A DNA stretch of 64,000 nucleotides. It comes from an uncultured delta proteobacterium. GTDB taxonomy: Bacteria > Desulfobacterota > Binatia > UBA9968. Position numbers and translations under genes: made by a program. A model generated the notes under the pieces. It saw only the letters and a program-made list of their open reading frames with translations. It was not told where the DNA came from and searched no databases. Where the stretch lies: NCBI GenBank assembly GCA_963804165.1, contig CAWDPO010000011.1:96001-160000 (forward strand). Direction: 5' to 3'. Below, piece by piece: positions 10,839 to 19,854 of the stretch; positions within the stretch are counted from its first letter, which is position 1, and each line of letters starts with the position of its first letter.

Positions 10839-11870
10839 ATGATTACGATCGTACTGCTGTTAGTTCTACTGGTGTTATCGAGCGCGGAATTGCCGGCGCA
10901 AAGCCCTTACTATCAGGGCAAGACGATCACCTTCATCGTCGGTTCGGGAGCGGGAACGGCCTACGACATGTATTCGAGGCTGCTCGCTAACCATATGGCT
11001 AAGCACATTCCGGGTAATCCCAGCGTGGTCGTGCAGAATATGCCGGCAGCGGGTGGCATGGTAGCGGCAAACTTTGTTTATGGGGTAGCCAAGCCCGATG
11101 GTTTGACGGTCGCATCCATTAATCCGGCGCATTACTTCAATCAGCTTCAAGGCAACAAAGAAGTAAAATTCGACTGGCCCAAATTCACCTGGCTTGCGAG
11201 CTCCGACAAGTCCGAACATATGCTCTACATGCGCGCCGACGCGCCGTTCAAATCGATACAGGATATCCGCAAAGCAACGACGGAGCCGCCCAAGTGCGGT
11301 GCCACCGGGACCGGGACCAGCGGGCACTACATCCCGCGCATGCTCGAAGAAGCCCTTGGCACCAAATTTACGATTGTCACCGGGTACGCCGGCGGCAACG
11401 AGATCGATTTGGCGACGGAGCGAAACGAAGTGGTGTGCCGCTCGTTTACGACAGCGGCTTATTTCGCGCGCGAGCCGTATCATACCTGGCGGAAGAAGAA
11501 TTTCGTGCGGATCCTCATGCAGACGGGGCAGAAGCGTGATCCGCGTCTGCCGGATACGCCGTTGCTCGGCGATCTCATGGATGAATTCAAAACCTCGGAT
11601 CTTGGACGACGCGTGGTTACGGTGATGCTCGGCTCCGGCGAGCTCGGACGCCCGAACGTAACTCATCCGGCAACACCCGCGGATCGAACCAAAATCTTAC
11701 GCGAGGCGTTCATGAAGAGCATGGCCGATCCCGCGCTGCTTGCGGATGCGGCCAAGAGCAACCTCGAGATTACGCCGGTGAGCGGAGAAGAATTGGCCAA
11801 GATCGCGAAAGACGTCATTGACCAGCCACCGGAAGTCGTCGAGCGCATCAAAAAGATTTTGGCGCAGTAA
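10839..11870 (+). CDS. Tripartite tricarboxylate transporter (TctC/Bug) substrate-binding protein
   Basis: Signal peptide, YYQGKTITFIV, VVQNMPAAGG, AKPDGLT, RDPRLPDTP. Confidence 0.9.
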   Translation: MITIVLLLVLLVLSSAELPAQSPYYQGKTITFIVGSGAGTAYDMYSRLLANHMAKHIPGNPSVVVQNMPAAGGMVAANFVYGVAKPDGLTVASINPAHYFNQLQGNKEVKFDWPKFTWLASSDKSEHMLYMRADAPFKSIQDIRKATTEPPKCGATGTGTSGHYIPRMLEEALGTKFTIVTGYAGGNEIDLATERNEVVCRSFTTAAYFAREPYHTWRKKNFVRILMQTGQKRDPRLPDTPLLGDLMDEFKTSDLGRRVVTVMLGSGELGRPNVTHPATPADRTKILREAFMKSMADPALLADAAKSNLEITPVSGEELAKIAKDVIDQPPEVVERIKKILAQ

Positions 11871-12135
11871 CGATTCGCTGGCGCGCTACTGCGCTCGACG
11901 ACGACTGCGGCGGTCGCTGTGAAAAAATCATTGTACTCTGGTTACGTTGCGTGGGCCGAGGAGCGCGCTGTCAACCTCCATCGAATTGAACTGCGGGCGT
12001 TTAGCTAAAGCTTTCCGGTCGTCCACGCGCGTTTCATCGCCCGATTTCCCCGACCGATCGGCGTGTTGAATTCGACCCTATTAATACGTACGCTGAATTA
12101 TTCCCGCGAAAACCCAATCCGATTTGGAGGAGTCC

Positions 12136-12663
12136 ATGGGGCCGATTCGATCTTTTTTCTCCGCCTGCGCCGTTGCGATGCTGTGTCTCAATTGTGACGT
12201 TTCTGCCCAGACCGCGGCGAAGCCGGCAACGGTGATCCAGACGGGTTCCATGGTCGCGTTCGACTACACGTTGACCGACGAAAGCGGCACAGTGATCGAG
12301 TCGAGCAAAGGAAAAGAGCCGATGCATTATGTGCACGGCAAGGGAGAAATGATTCCAGGATTGGAAAAGGAATTGACGGGAATGGGCGTGGGCGGCGAAA
12401 AAAAAGTGACGGTCAAACCCGAAGAAGGTTACGGCCCTGTGGATCCGCGAGCCTTCCAGGAAGTTCCCAAAGATAAGCTTCCGCCCGAAGCGCTCAAGGT
12501 CGGTGCCACTTTGACAGCCCGAGGACCGCAAGGCCAAGCGGTCCCGGTGCGCGTGCATGAAATCAAAGAAAGCATCGTCATTATGGATTTCAATCATCCG
12601 CTCGCTGGAAAAACCCTTTTGTTCGACATCAAGATCACGGAGATCAAGGCCGCGGAAAAATAG
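12136..12663 (+). CDS. FKBP-type peptidyl-prolyl isomerase, SlyD-like, with signal peptide
   Basis: VAFDYTL, MIPGLEKEL, PEEGYG, DFNHPLAGKTLLF; GGAGGAG RBS; no His-rich tail. Confidence 0.9.
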   Translation: MGPIRSFFSACAVAMLCLNCDVSAQTAAKPATVIQTGSMVAFDYTLTDESGTVIESSKGKEPMHYVHGKGEMIPGLEKELTGMGVGGEKKVTVKPEEGYGPVDPRAFQEVPKDKLPPEALKVGATLTARGPQGQAVPVRVHEIKESIVIMDFNHPLAGKTLLFDIKITEIKAAEK

Positions 12664-12815
12664 TCGCCCTGGCGCTCGCTCGTCAGATTCTCTGTCCTAT
12701 TTTACCTTACCCTCACGCGTCGTGCGCTGATATTCGCAAGATCGGTTAGAGTTTCCACACAAGCGGCCACCCTTCTCGCCGGAAAGACTTACTTCACTCG
12801 CGGATCCACGTTAAC

Positions 12816-12860
12816 GGTCAAGGTCGGACCTTGACCTCGCTGGGCGTTCGTTATTAGATT
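12816..12860 (+). promoter_or_regulatory. Perfect palindrome overlapping a putative -35 box of the 12.9-24.6 kb cluster
   Basis: GGTCAAGGTC-G-GACCTTGACC (12816-12836); TTGACC-18 nt-TAGATT. Confidence 0.5.
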
Positions 12861-12906
12861 GCGCTCGTGCGCGGCGAGCCATTTTCAACGGATTGAGACG
12901 ACCTTT

Positions 12907-13848
12907 TTGACGCTCTTGCTTAAACGATCCGAGGTTTCCGATTTGCTCGATCTACGGCGGGCGATGACGGTGCTCGAACAAACGTTTCGCGAGCAATCCG
13001 ACGGTCACGTGAAACAAGTGGCGCCGCTGCGCTTCATGAATCGCGGCATGCGCATGGTCGTGGGCGGGCTCAAGGCGCAAAACAAAAACGGCTTTCGCGT
13101 CAGCGTCACCGGCGGCGAGGGCGTGGCCCTGTTGTTTGAGATTAGCTCGGGCGATCTTATCTGTTTGATGGGTTATCCATTCAGCAATTTGCGCATCAGC
13201 GCGACCGTGGGACTCGCCATCGAGCGTTTCACTGATTCCAAAGCCCGATCGGTGGCAATGATCGGCAGCGGACGACTCGCATTGCCGGTTCTCGAACCCG
13301 CGATCGCAGTGCGTCCCGTAGACCGCGTTCTAGTTTACAGCCGGAGTGCGGAAAACCGTGACGCATTTGCGCGCAAGGCGAGCGAGAAGCTAAAAGTGCC
13401 GGTGCTCGCGGTGAGTTCGGCACAAAAGGCGCTTGATGAAGCGGATTTCGTGCTTGTGAGTACCAATTCGCCCGCGGCAGCGTTGCGTGGCCAATGGTTG
13501 CGGCCGGGTCTTGCGGTTTTCGGCGTCGGGCGGCCGAACGAGCTCGACGATGATGTTTTTTTGCGCGCCGACTTGATTACCGTGACCAGCAAGGCGCATG
13601 AGTTGGAATACTATGATAGGAAGTTGGACCAGCCTCTGATTCGTTTGTCGCAGCAGGGGACGATTCCTTGGCAGTCGGTTGTCGAGTTCGGCGATATCCT
13701 CGCCGGTAAAATCGCCGCGCCGGCTCCGTTGAAAAGTATCCTAGTGTTCCGCGATTCGCAGGGCGGCTATGGCGATCTGGCATTGGCGGCGTGGGCCTAT
13801 GAAGAAGCGCGCCGGCGCGGCTTGGGACAGCAAATCAGTACTGAGTGA
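12907..13848 (+). CDS. Ornithine cyclodeaminase/mu-crystallin family protein (paralogue 1)
   Basis: TLLLKRSEV N-terminus, NLRISA, Rossmann IGSGRLA, VYSRS, WLRPG, ELD, FRDSQGGYGDLA; TTG start inferred by alignment with paralogue 2. Confidence 0.85.
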   Translation: MTLLLKRSEVSDLLDLRRAMTVLEQTFREQSDGHVKQVAPLRFMNRGMRMVVGGLKAQNKNGFRVSVTGGEGVALLFEISSGDLICLMGYPFSNLRISATVGLAIERFTDSKARSVAMIGSGRLALPVLEPAIAVRPVDRVLVYSRSAENRDAFARKASEKLKVPVLAVSSAQKALDEADFVLVSTNSPAAALRGQWLRPGLAVFGVGRPNELDDDVFLRADLITVTSKAHELEYYDRKLDQPLIRLSQQGTIPWQSVVEFGDILAGKIAAPAPLKSILVFRDSQGGYGDLALAAWAYEEARRRGLGQQISTE

Positions 13849-13866
13849 AGGACAAAAGATGCGGCG

Positions 13867-15024
13867 ATGAAGACGACGAATAGGACGAATACAGCACATA
13901 TGACCTATAAAGTTCTTGTCATTGCGGTGCTCTTGGTCGTCTCTGTCTGCGCGCTCGCTGATTGGGCGGACGCTGCGCAGGCGCGCTGGGAAGATGTCGT
14001 CAAAGCGGCGGAAAAGGAAGGCGAGGTTACGGTCTACGCGACCAATTCGGTCGGCGATCTGCAGGTGATCTGGGACGCTTTCAAAAAAAAATTTCCTAAG
14101 ATCAAACTGAATTCCGTCGGCATCAGCACCACCAGCGAAATCGTCACCAAGGTCATGGCCGAGCGGCGCGCGAGTCAATTTCTGGTCGACGTGATGCTCG
14201 GCGCGCCGGGGGCGACCTACAATAGCTTTTACCGCGGCAAAGCCGTCGATCCGCTGCCACCAGCGCTCGTGTTGCCGGAAGTCACGGACCTGTCCAAGTG
14301 GTGGAAAGGCAAGCACCGTTACGTCGATCCAGAAGGGCAGTACGTCTTCGTTTATCAGAGCACGCTCTATGGGCCGCCTTTTTACACCAATACTAAGCTG
14401 GTTGGTTCGGAGTCGCTCCGTTCGGTTTGGGATTTTCTCGATCCAAAATGGAAGGGCAAGACGATCGCGCTATGGCCGCGCGCCAACTACGTCTCGACGG
14501 CGCTCCTTTTTATGTACCATCACCCGCAAGTCGGACCGAAATTTCTCGAAAGATTTTATGGCGGTGAGATGGATCTCACTTATTTCAGCGATTTCCGCCA
14601 GGGGACTGATTGGCTAGCCTCGGGCAAATATCTGATCTGCGCTCTCTGTCGGCTCAGGCGTGCCGCGGAGCACGGTCTTCCGGTGGCGGAAGTGAATCCC
14701 TACCAATTCAAAGAAGCGCCCGGCATCGGCTCGAACAACGGCGCGATCGTTTTGATGAACAATCATCCGCATCCCAATGCCTCGAAGGTTTTTATCAACT
14801 GGTACCTGTCGCGCGAAGGACAGATCGCTTTTCGCCAGGCCAACAACACGCAGGAAGACGAAACGACGACGTCGATGCGTGAAGATTTGCCGGCGAACGT
14901 CGTGCCAGAAGCGGCGCGACGACGCAAGGACGTCGACTATATTGAAATCAGCCGGCACGACTGGATGGAGTGGAAGCCCGTCGGCGACCTGATCAGCGCC
15001 GCGCGGCAGAAGTCGGGGAAGTGA
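13867..15024 (+). CDS. Extracellular solute-binding protein, iron/thiamine ABC class
   Basis: Signal peptide, AAEKEGEVTVY, DFLDPKWKGK, HPHPNASKVFINWYLSREGQ; true start may be 13900. Confidence 0.88.
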   Translation: MKTTNRTNTAHMTYKVLVIAVLLVVSVCALADWADAAQARWEDVVKAAEKEGEVTVYATNSVGDLQVIWDAFKKKFPKIKLNSVGISTTSEIVTKVMAERRASQFLVDVMLGAPGATYNSFYRGKAVDPLPPALVLPEVTDLSKWWKGKHRYVDPEGQYVFVYQSTLYGPPFYTNTKLVGSESLRSVWDFLDPKWKGKTIALWPRANYVSTALLFMYHHPQVGPKFLERFYGGEMDLTYFSDFRQGTDWLASGKYLICALCRLRRAAEHGLPVAEVNPYQFKEAPGIGSNNGAIVLMNNHPHPNASKVFINWYLSREGQIAFRQANNTQEDETTTSMREDLPANVVPEAARRRKDVDYIEISRHDWMEWKPVGDLISAARQKSGK

Positions 15025-15048
15025 CGGCAAGCTTTTCGCTTGCCGTCA
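15023..15048 (+). terminator. Hairpin immediately after the stop codon
   Basis: GACGGCAAGC-loop-GCTTGCCGTC 10-bp stem with no U tract; abuts a family B half element. Confidence 0.35.
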
Positions 15049-15092
15049 TCCTGAGCGACGCGAAGGAGCTCATTTTCGACGGAGGAATTGTT

Positions 15093-15959
15093 ATGGAAAA
15101 TGGAAAACCGACGATCGATCGCATCGACCACGGCGTGTTGCCGAGCAACGATCTCGGGCGAGCGCATCGTTTCTACTCGACGTTTATGGGCGGTGAGTTG
15201 GATCATCTGACCAACTTGACGATCCGTGGGCTCAATCGCGAGGTGCCGCAGATTCTTTTCTACACATTGGCGAATCACAAGGGTTGGGGACTGGCGCTGC
15301 AGGATTTTCCGATCGCGCCGACTCCGGCGCGGCCGTTGGACGGCGTGGTGTACGGCTTCGAAGTGGCGGCGGACAGTCTGGCCGATGTGGTTCGCTCCGC
15401 CGAGGAGCGCAAGCTCAAAATTCACGGTCCGGTGAGTTACGCGGAACCTTCGCCGATCAAAGAGTCGTTATTCGTCCTTGATCCCGACGGCAACACGTTG
15501 GAACTCTCCGTGCGCCGCGATCCGACGAGCGACAAACCGCAGGGCAAGATCGTGCCGATGCGTCGAATCAGCCACGTGCGCGTAGAAGTGACTGACTTGG
15601 CCCAGGGCAAATCTTGGTATCGTGACACCTTCGGCCTGAGAGAGGAAAGACAAGTTCCCGGCGAGGAGCAGGCGACGCTCACCGTGCCGAATACCGGACA
15701 GCTGGTCATTCTGCATCGCGTCGATCAAGTCGCCGAGCGCAGCACGCGCGCGGTCAAAGGGCCGCATATCGATTTTCGCATTGCGCCGGAGCTCTATCCG
15801 CCGATCCTGGAAAAGTTTAACCGCAAAGAATTTTACTGGGGGCCGGATCCGACAAAGATCCCGTGGCACGAGCAGGGCGGCCATACGGTGTACGGTTACG
15901 ATCCGTTCGGCAACCGGATTCAGATCGGCCATCGATTCGGTCACCAAGGGTCGCACTAG
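15093..15959 (+). CDS. Two-domain VOC (glyoxalase/extradiol dioxygenase fold) protein (paralogue 1)
   Basis: IDHGVLPSNDL..RFYS, DPDGNTLEL, ISHVRVEVTDL..WYRDTFGL, HIDF, DPFGNRIQI; GGAGG RBS. Confidence 0.88.
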   Translation: MENGKPTIDRIDHGVLPSNDLGRAHRFYSTFMGGELDHLTNLTIRGLNREVPQILFYTLANHKGWGLALQDFPIAPTPARPLDGVVYGFEVAADSLADVVRSAEERKLKIHGPVSYAEPSPIKESLFVLDPDGNTLELSVRRDPTSDKPQGKIVPMRRISHVRVEVTDLAQGKSWYRDTFGLREERQVPGEEQATLTVPNTGQLVILHRVDQVAERSTRAVKGPHIDFRIAPELYPPILEKFNRKEFYWGPDPTKIPWHEQGGHTVYGYDPFGNRIQIGHRFGHQGSH

Positions 15960-15995
15960 ATAAGCGGCATTAATTGGAAAGCGTTCCGATCATGA

Positions 15996-16066
15996 GTGTC
16001 ATTCTGAGGCGAAGCCGAAGAATCTCGACCGAAGCCGAGACCCTTCGCTCACGCTCAGGGTGACAC
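15996..16066. repeat. REP-like element, family B (GTCATTCTGAG..GAAGAATCT / AGAyCCTTC..CTCAGGrTGAC)
   Basis: Terminal inverted repeats GTGTCA...TGACAC; related copies at 15045 (half), 35409 and 48093. Confidence 0.8.
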
Positions 16067-16135
16067 GCATTAGGAGATCCTGAGCCTCTAATTGCATTAA
16101 TCGGCAGTAACATCGTTCAAAAGAGGTGTTAAAAA

Positions 16136-17323
16136 ATGAGTATTCCTCAATTATCCATCGAAGAACGCGACCGGCGTTATCAAATTGTGCGTGCTGAAAT
16201 GGCCAAGCGCGGCATCGACTGTCTAGTGTTGCCGGCGAATACCGGGCGGTGGGAGCAGTTGCAAGGCGACTCGCGTTACCTGACCTCGATCGGCGGCTTC
16301 GCCACCGAAGTATTCACCATCTTCCCGCGTGAAGGCGCCGTGACGGCGTACATATTCAACCGCGCAGGGTGGTGGAAACAAGCGCAGAAGTGGGTCGAGG
16401 ACGTGCGCGACGGGCGCAATCGTTGGGGGCAAAACGCGATCGAGCGGATCAATGAGCTCGGCTTGCAAAAAGGCACCATCGGCATTTCAGGACTCGCGGG
16501 CTTGTTTCGCGCCCCGGAAGGAATCATTCCCTATTCCTCCGTGAAAGCGATTCAAGATACCTTTCCTCAAGCGAAGATCGTCAACGCCACCGAGATGATG
16601 CAGGAGATCCGCGCCGTGAAAAGCGCCGAGGAAGTTTCGCTGCTCGAACGATCCGCGGCGATCGTCGAGAAAACCATCGAAGCGATGGTGGAGAATGCCA
16701 ATCCCGGCGTCAGCGAAAGAGAGCTCTACGGCGCCATGGTGCACGCGATGCTGGCCAACGGGGGTGAGCTGCCGACGCTATTTTTCTTGAGCGGGGGTCC
16801 GGGCATCAGCAACAGTTCGTTTGTGCCGACGGATTATCGCCTGCAAAAAGGCGACCGGCTGATCGACGAGATCGAAGCGAAATACGCCGGCTACGCCGCG
16901 CAGGCCGTCTGCCCGGTCGTGCTCGGCGCGCCCGACGACGAGTATCAGAAAATGATCGACATCTCACGCGCCTGTTTCGACAGCATCCTGCACAACATGA
17001 AACCGGGCGTGACCTTCGGCGGGCTATTCGATATTTACCGCGACACGGTGGAGCGGATCGGCGGAGGAAAATATCTGTGGAACCATCCGATGATGCACGC
17101 GCGTGGTCTGGGCGACGACGGGCCGGCGCTGCTGGGCGATAAAGATCTGGAACGATTCTCGAAAATCGAGCTGCAGACCGGCATGACGTTTATTCTTAAA
17201 CCGCAAGTTCGACCGAAGGAAGGCAAGGGTCGCGCCAGTATCGGCGACACGGTCACGGTCACACAAAACGGCGCGCGGCGTTTAGGCAAGCGCGAGCTGA
17301 AGTTGATCGTGACGATCGTTTAA
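16136..17323 (+). CDS. M24 (creatinase/Xaa-Pro peptidase fold) hydrolase (paralogue 1)
   Basis: ERDRRY, SRYLT, IRAVKSAEEV, PGVSEREL, KYAGY, MHARGLGDDGP, GDTVTVT. Confidence 0.85.
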   Translation: MSIPQLSIEERDRRYQIVRAEMAKRGIDCLVLPANTGRWEQLQGDSRYLTSIGGFATEVFTIFPREGAVTAYIFNRAGWWKQAQKWVEDVRDGRNRWGQNAIERINELGLQKGTIGISGLAGLFRAPEGIIPYSSVKAIQDTFPQAKIVNATEMMQEIRAVKSAEEVSLLERSAAIVEKTIEAMVENANPGVSERELYGAMVHAMLANGGELPTLFFLSGGPGISNSSFVPTDYRLQKGDRLIDEIEAKYAGYAAQAVCPVVLGAPDDEYQKMIDISRACFDSILHNMKPGVTFGGLFDIYRDTVERIGGGKYLWNHPMMHARGLGDDGPALLGDKDLERFSKIELQTGMTFILKPQVRPKEGKGRASIGDTVTVTQNGARRLGKRELKLIVTIV

Positions 17324-17349
17324 CAAACGAGAACGCAAATCGTCACATC

Positions 17350-17434
17350 GTAGGGGCGCAATTTATTGCGCCCGATTTCCGCCAACACATAGCGCCTGGG
17401 CAACCAATCAGGGCGCGATGCATCGCGCCTTTGC
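17350..17434. repeat. GTAG-foot REP doublet, family A
   Basis: GTAGGGGCGCAATttATTGCGCCC ... GGGCGCGATGCATCGCGCCtttgc (degenerate inverted partner). Confidence 0.75.
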
Positions 17435-17535
17435 AGTGTCGGAGCCGAACACCTGATCGTTGGTTCTGACGCACTTCTCGATCTAGCTTCCCAATCTTTT
17501 TGGTGATACTAACAGTGCCGGTCGGAGGCTCTACC

Positions 17536-18753
17536 GTGGCTGAACTTTATCCTTACCCACGTTTCTCGATCGCTGAGCGCGATCGGCGTTGGCGGGCCGT
17601 GCGCGCGCTGATGCGCGAGCAAAATCTCGATGTGATTGTCACGCCGCAAAACAGCGGCCATTCGGCCGATTATCAAGCCAACACACGTTATCTAACGCAT
17701 TGCGGCGGCGGAGAGCCGGATGTCGCCGCGGTTTTTCCGCTCGAGGGCGATGTCACCGCGATCGCGACTTCGGCGGCGCCGCGCTGGCCGACGGTGCAGG
17801 ATTGGGTAACTGACGTGCGCGAGGCGCGGCGTAACTACGGCCGCGCGATCGTCGAGCGCTTGAAGGAATTGAGCCTCGACCGCGGACGCATCGGCATCAC
17901 CGGCCTCGGCGAAGTCGAGGGCACGCGCACGCCCGAAGGCACGATCTTTTACGGCACGTGGAAGCAAATTCGCGAAGGTTTTCCGCGTGCCCAGCTGGTC
18001 GATGCGACGGCGACCCTCGATGAGGTGCGCTACGTCAAAAGTCAGGAAGAGATCGATGCCCTCGCGAAGTCGATGGAGATCAACGAGCTGGCGATGAAAG
18101 CGGAGACCGAGGCGGCGCAGGTCGGCGTCAAAGATTGGGACGTTTGGGCGGCGGCGCACTACGCGATGACGCGCAACGGTTCCGAGTTGCCGGTTCACTG
18201 CTTCTGGGTGTCGGGGAAAAATCCCAAACGCACGCTGACCCGGCCGAGCATGCGGCTGCTCGAACGCGGTGATGTCATCATCAACGAACTGGAGGCGTCC
18301 TGGATCGGCTATCGCGCGCAGGGTGTGCAGCCGGTGTTCGTGGAAGTGATCGAGCCGATTCAGGCCGAGCTGATCAAAGTGCAAAGAGAGATTTTCAATC
18401 GCGTCATCGAGAGCCTGAAGGCGGGCATCACTGTCGGAGAGTTGGCTGAGCTTACGAAGCGGGCTGCGGAAAGCGCCGCTCCGCGGAGTGGTCCGGCAGC
18501 CGGCGCGCGCGGCGATCTCACCATGCATGGACGCGGCGCGGGCGACGACGGGCCGATCATCACCCCGCACGCGAAAAGCCCGAAGCAACTCGCGGTGGCG
18601 ATGCGCGAGAATATGGTTTTCATTTGTAAACCATCGGCGGTATCGGCGGATGGAGAACACACTTGCCAGTGGGGCGACACCGTCGTGGTGACGAAAACCG
18701 GCGGGCGGCGGCTCGGCAAACGGCCGCATGAGTTGGCGGTTTCCGGCAAATAA
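17536..18753 (+). CDS. M24 (creatinase/Xaa-Pro peptidase fold) hydrolase (paralogue 2)
   Basis: ERDRRW, TRYLT, VRYVKSQEEI, WIGY, MHGRGAGDDGP, GDTVVVT; GGAGG upstream of GTG 17536. Confidence 0.85.
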   Translation: MAELYPYPRFSIAERDRRWRAVRALMREQNLDVIVTPQNSGHSADYQANTRYLTHCGGGEPDVAAVFPLEGDVTAIATSAAPRWPTVQDWVTDVREARRNYGRAIVERLKELSLDRGRIGITGLGEVEGTRTPEGTIFYGTWKQIREGFPRAQLVDATATLDEVRYVKSQEEIDALAKSMEINELAMKAETEAAQVGVKDWDVWAAAHYAMTRNGSELPVHCFWVSGKNPKRTLTRPSMRLLERGDVIINELEASWIGYRAQGVQPVFVEVIEPIQAELIKVQREIFNRVIESLKAGITVGELAELTKRAAESAAPRSGPAAGARGDLTMHGRGAGDDGPIITPHAKSPKQLAVAMRENMVFICKPSAVSADGEHTCQWGDTVVVTKTGGRRLGKRPHELAVSGK

Positions 18754-18757
18754 CAGC

Positions 18758-18802
18758 CGTTCAAAACGTTCCAATCGTTCAAGACGTTCAAATGGTTAAA
18801 AC
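18758..18802 (+). repeat. GTTCAA tandem micro-array (9-nt period)
   Basis: cgttcaaaa cgttccaat cgttcaaga cgttcaaat ggttaaaac. Confidence 0.85.
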
Positions 18803-18835
18803 CCCGGGATCAGGTCACTAAACTGGAGACGCGAA

Positions 18836-19798
18836 ATGCCTTTACTGCTGAGCCGTGATGAATTGAAGCCGCTGCTCGAACTCAACAAAGCGATCGAGCT
18901 CATTGAAGACGCGCACCGCCAGCAAGCGAACGGCCAGATCGTGCCACACGCGCCGTACCACATTCCTCTCGGCATCCATAGTGGACTCCGCATTGTCTCA
19001 GGCGCAGTTCTGGGAGCCCGGCGGGTCGGGGTTCGACTCGGTCCGAACAGCGGTTTGGGCGGCGGTGATAAGATGTATGCCTTGCTGTTCGACGCCGACA
19101 CCGGCGACCTGCTTGCTTTCATGGGTTTTCCTTTCGGCACGGTGAGAACCGCGGCAGTGGTGGCGATCGCGGCAAAACATTTGGCGCGGCAGGACTCGCG
19201 GCGGCTGGGATTATTCGGCGTCGGTAGAAATGCCTTCGCTATTCTCAAAGGGCTGCTTTCAGTCCGTCCAATCAAGGAAATTTACGTTTCGAGCCGTGAT
19301 CCGCAGCGACGAACAAAATTCTGCGAAGAGGGCGAAAAGTTGCTCGGTATCAGCGTTCGCGGAGTCGACAATCCCGAACAAGCCGTGCGCGGCATGGACG
19401 TGGTGTTGACCGCGACGAATTCGCTCACGCCGATTTTTCCCGAAGGTTGGGTGGAGCCGGGCACGCACGTGAGCAGCATGGGCAAGCCCACCGAATTGAG
19501 CCGCGGCTTGCATTTAAAAGCCCATCGCATCGTTGTCGGCAGCCAAGAACAGGAGCGCAATTACGGCGATCGTTCCGCCGCCTTGCCTTTGGTGGAGTTG
19601 ACGGCCGAAGGAAAACTTTCTTGGAGTCGTATTCCGGAATTGGGCGAGCTGGTGACCGGACAAGTTGTCGGCAGAACGAATCGCGACGAGATCAATATCT
19701 TTCGCGAATCCCAAGGCGGTTACGGCGATATGGCGTTTGCGGCGTGGCTTTATGATGAGGCCAAGCAGCGCGGGTTAGGGAAGCAGATGGAACTCTAA
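18836..19798 (+). CDS. Ornithine cyclodeaminase/mu-crystallin family protein (paralogue 2)
   Basis: LLFDADTG, TVRTAA, FGVGRNA, DVVLTAT, WVEPGTHV, GRTNRDEINIFRESQGGYGDMA. Confidence 0.88.
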   Translation: MPLLLSRDELKPLLELNKAIELIEDAHRQQANGQIVPHAPYHIPLGIHSGLRIVSGAVLGARRVGVRLGPNSGLGGGDKMYALLFDADTGDLLAFMGFPFGTVRTAAVVAIAAKHLARQDSRRLGLFGVGRNAFAILKGLLSVRPIKEIYVSSRDPQRRTKFCEEGEKLLGISVRGVDNPEQAVRGMDVVLTATNSLTPIFPEGWVEPGTHVSSMGKPTELSRGLHLKAHRIVVGSQEQERNYGDRSAALPLVELTAEGKLSWSRIPELGELVTGQVVGRTNRDEINIFRESQGGYGDMAFAAWLYDEAKQRGLGKQMEL

Positions 19799-19807
19799 TT
19801 ATAAAAA

Positions 19808-19840
19808 CGTTCAAAGGTTCAAGCGTTCAAGGTTCAAAGT
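19808..19840 (+). repeat. GTTCAA tandem micro-array (7-8 nt period)
   Basis: cgttcaaa ggttcaag cgttcaa ggttcaaa gt. Confidence 0.85.
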
Positions 19841-19854
19841 AAGAGGAGCCGAAT

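Noticed and set aside
17692-18774. Long antisense ORFs (also 6043-6924, 49124-50044, 61243-62178)
   Set aside because: Shadow ORFs of GC-rich genes with no recognisable motifs
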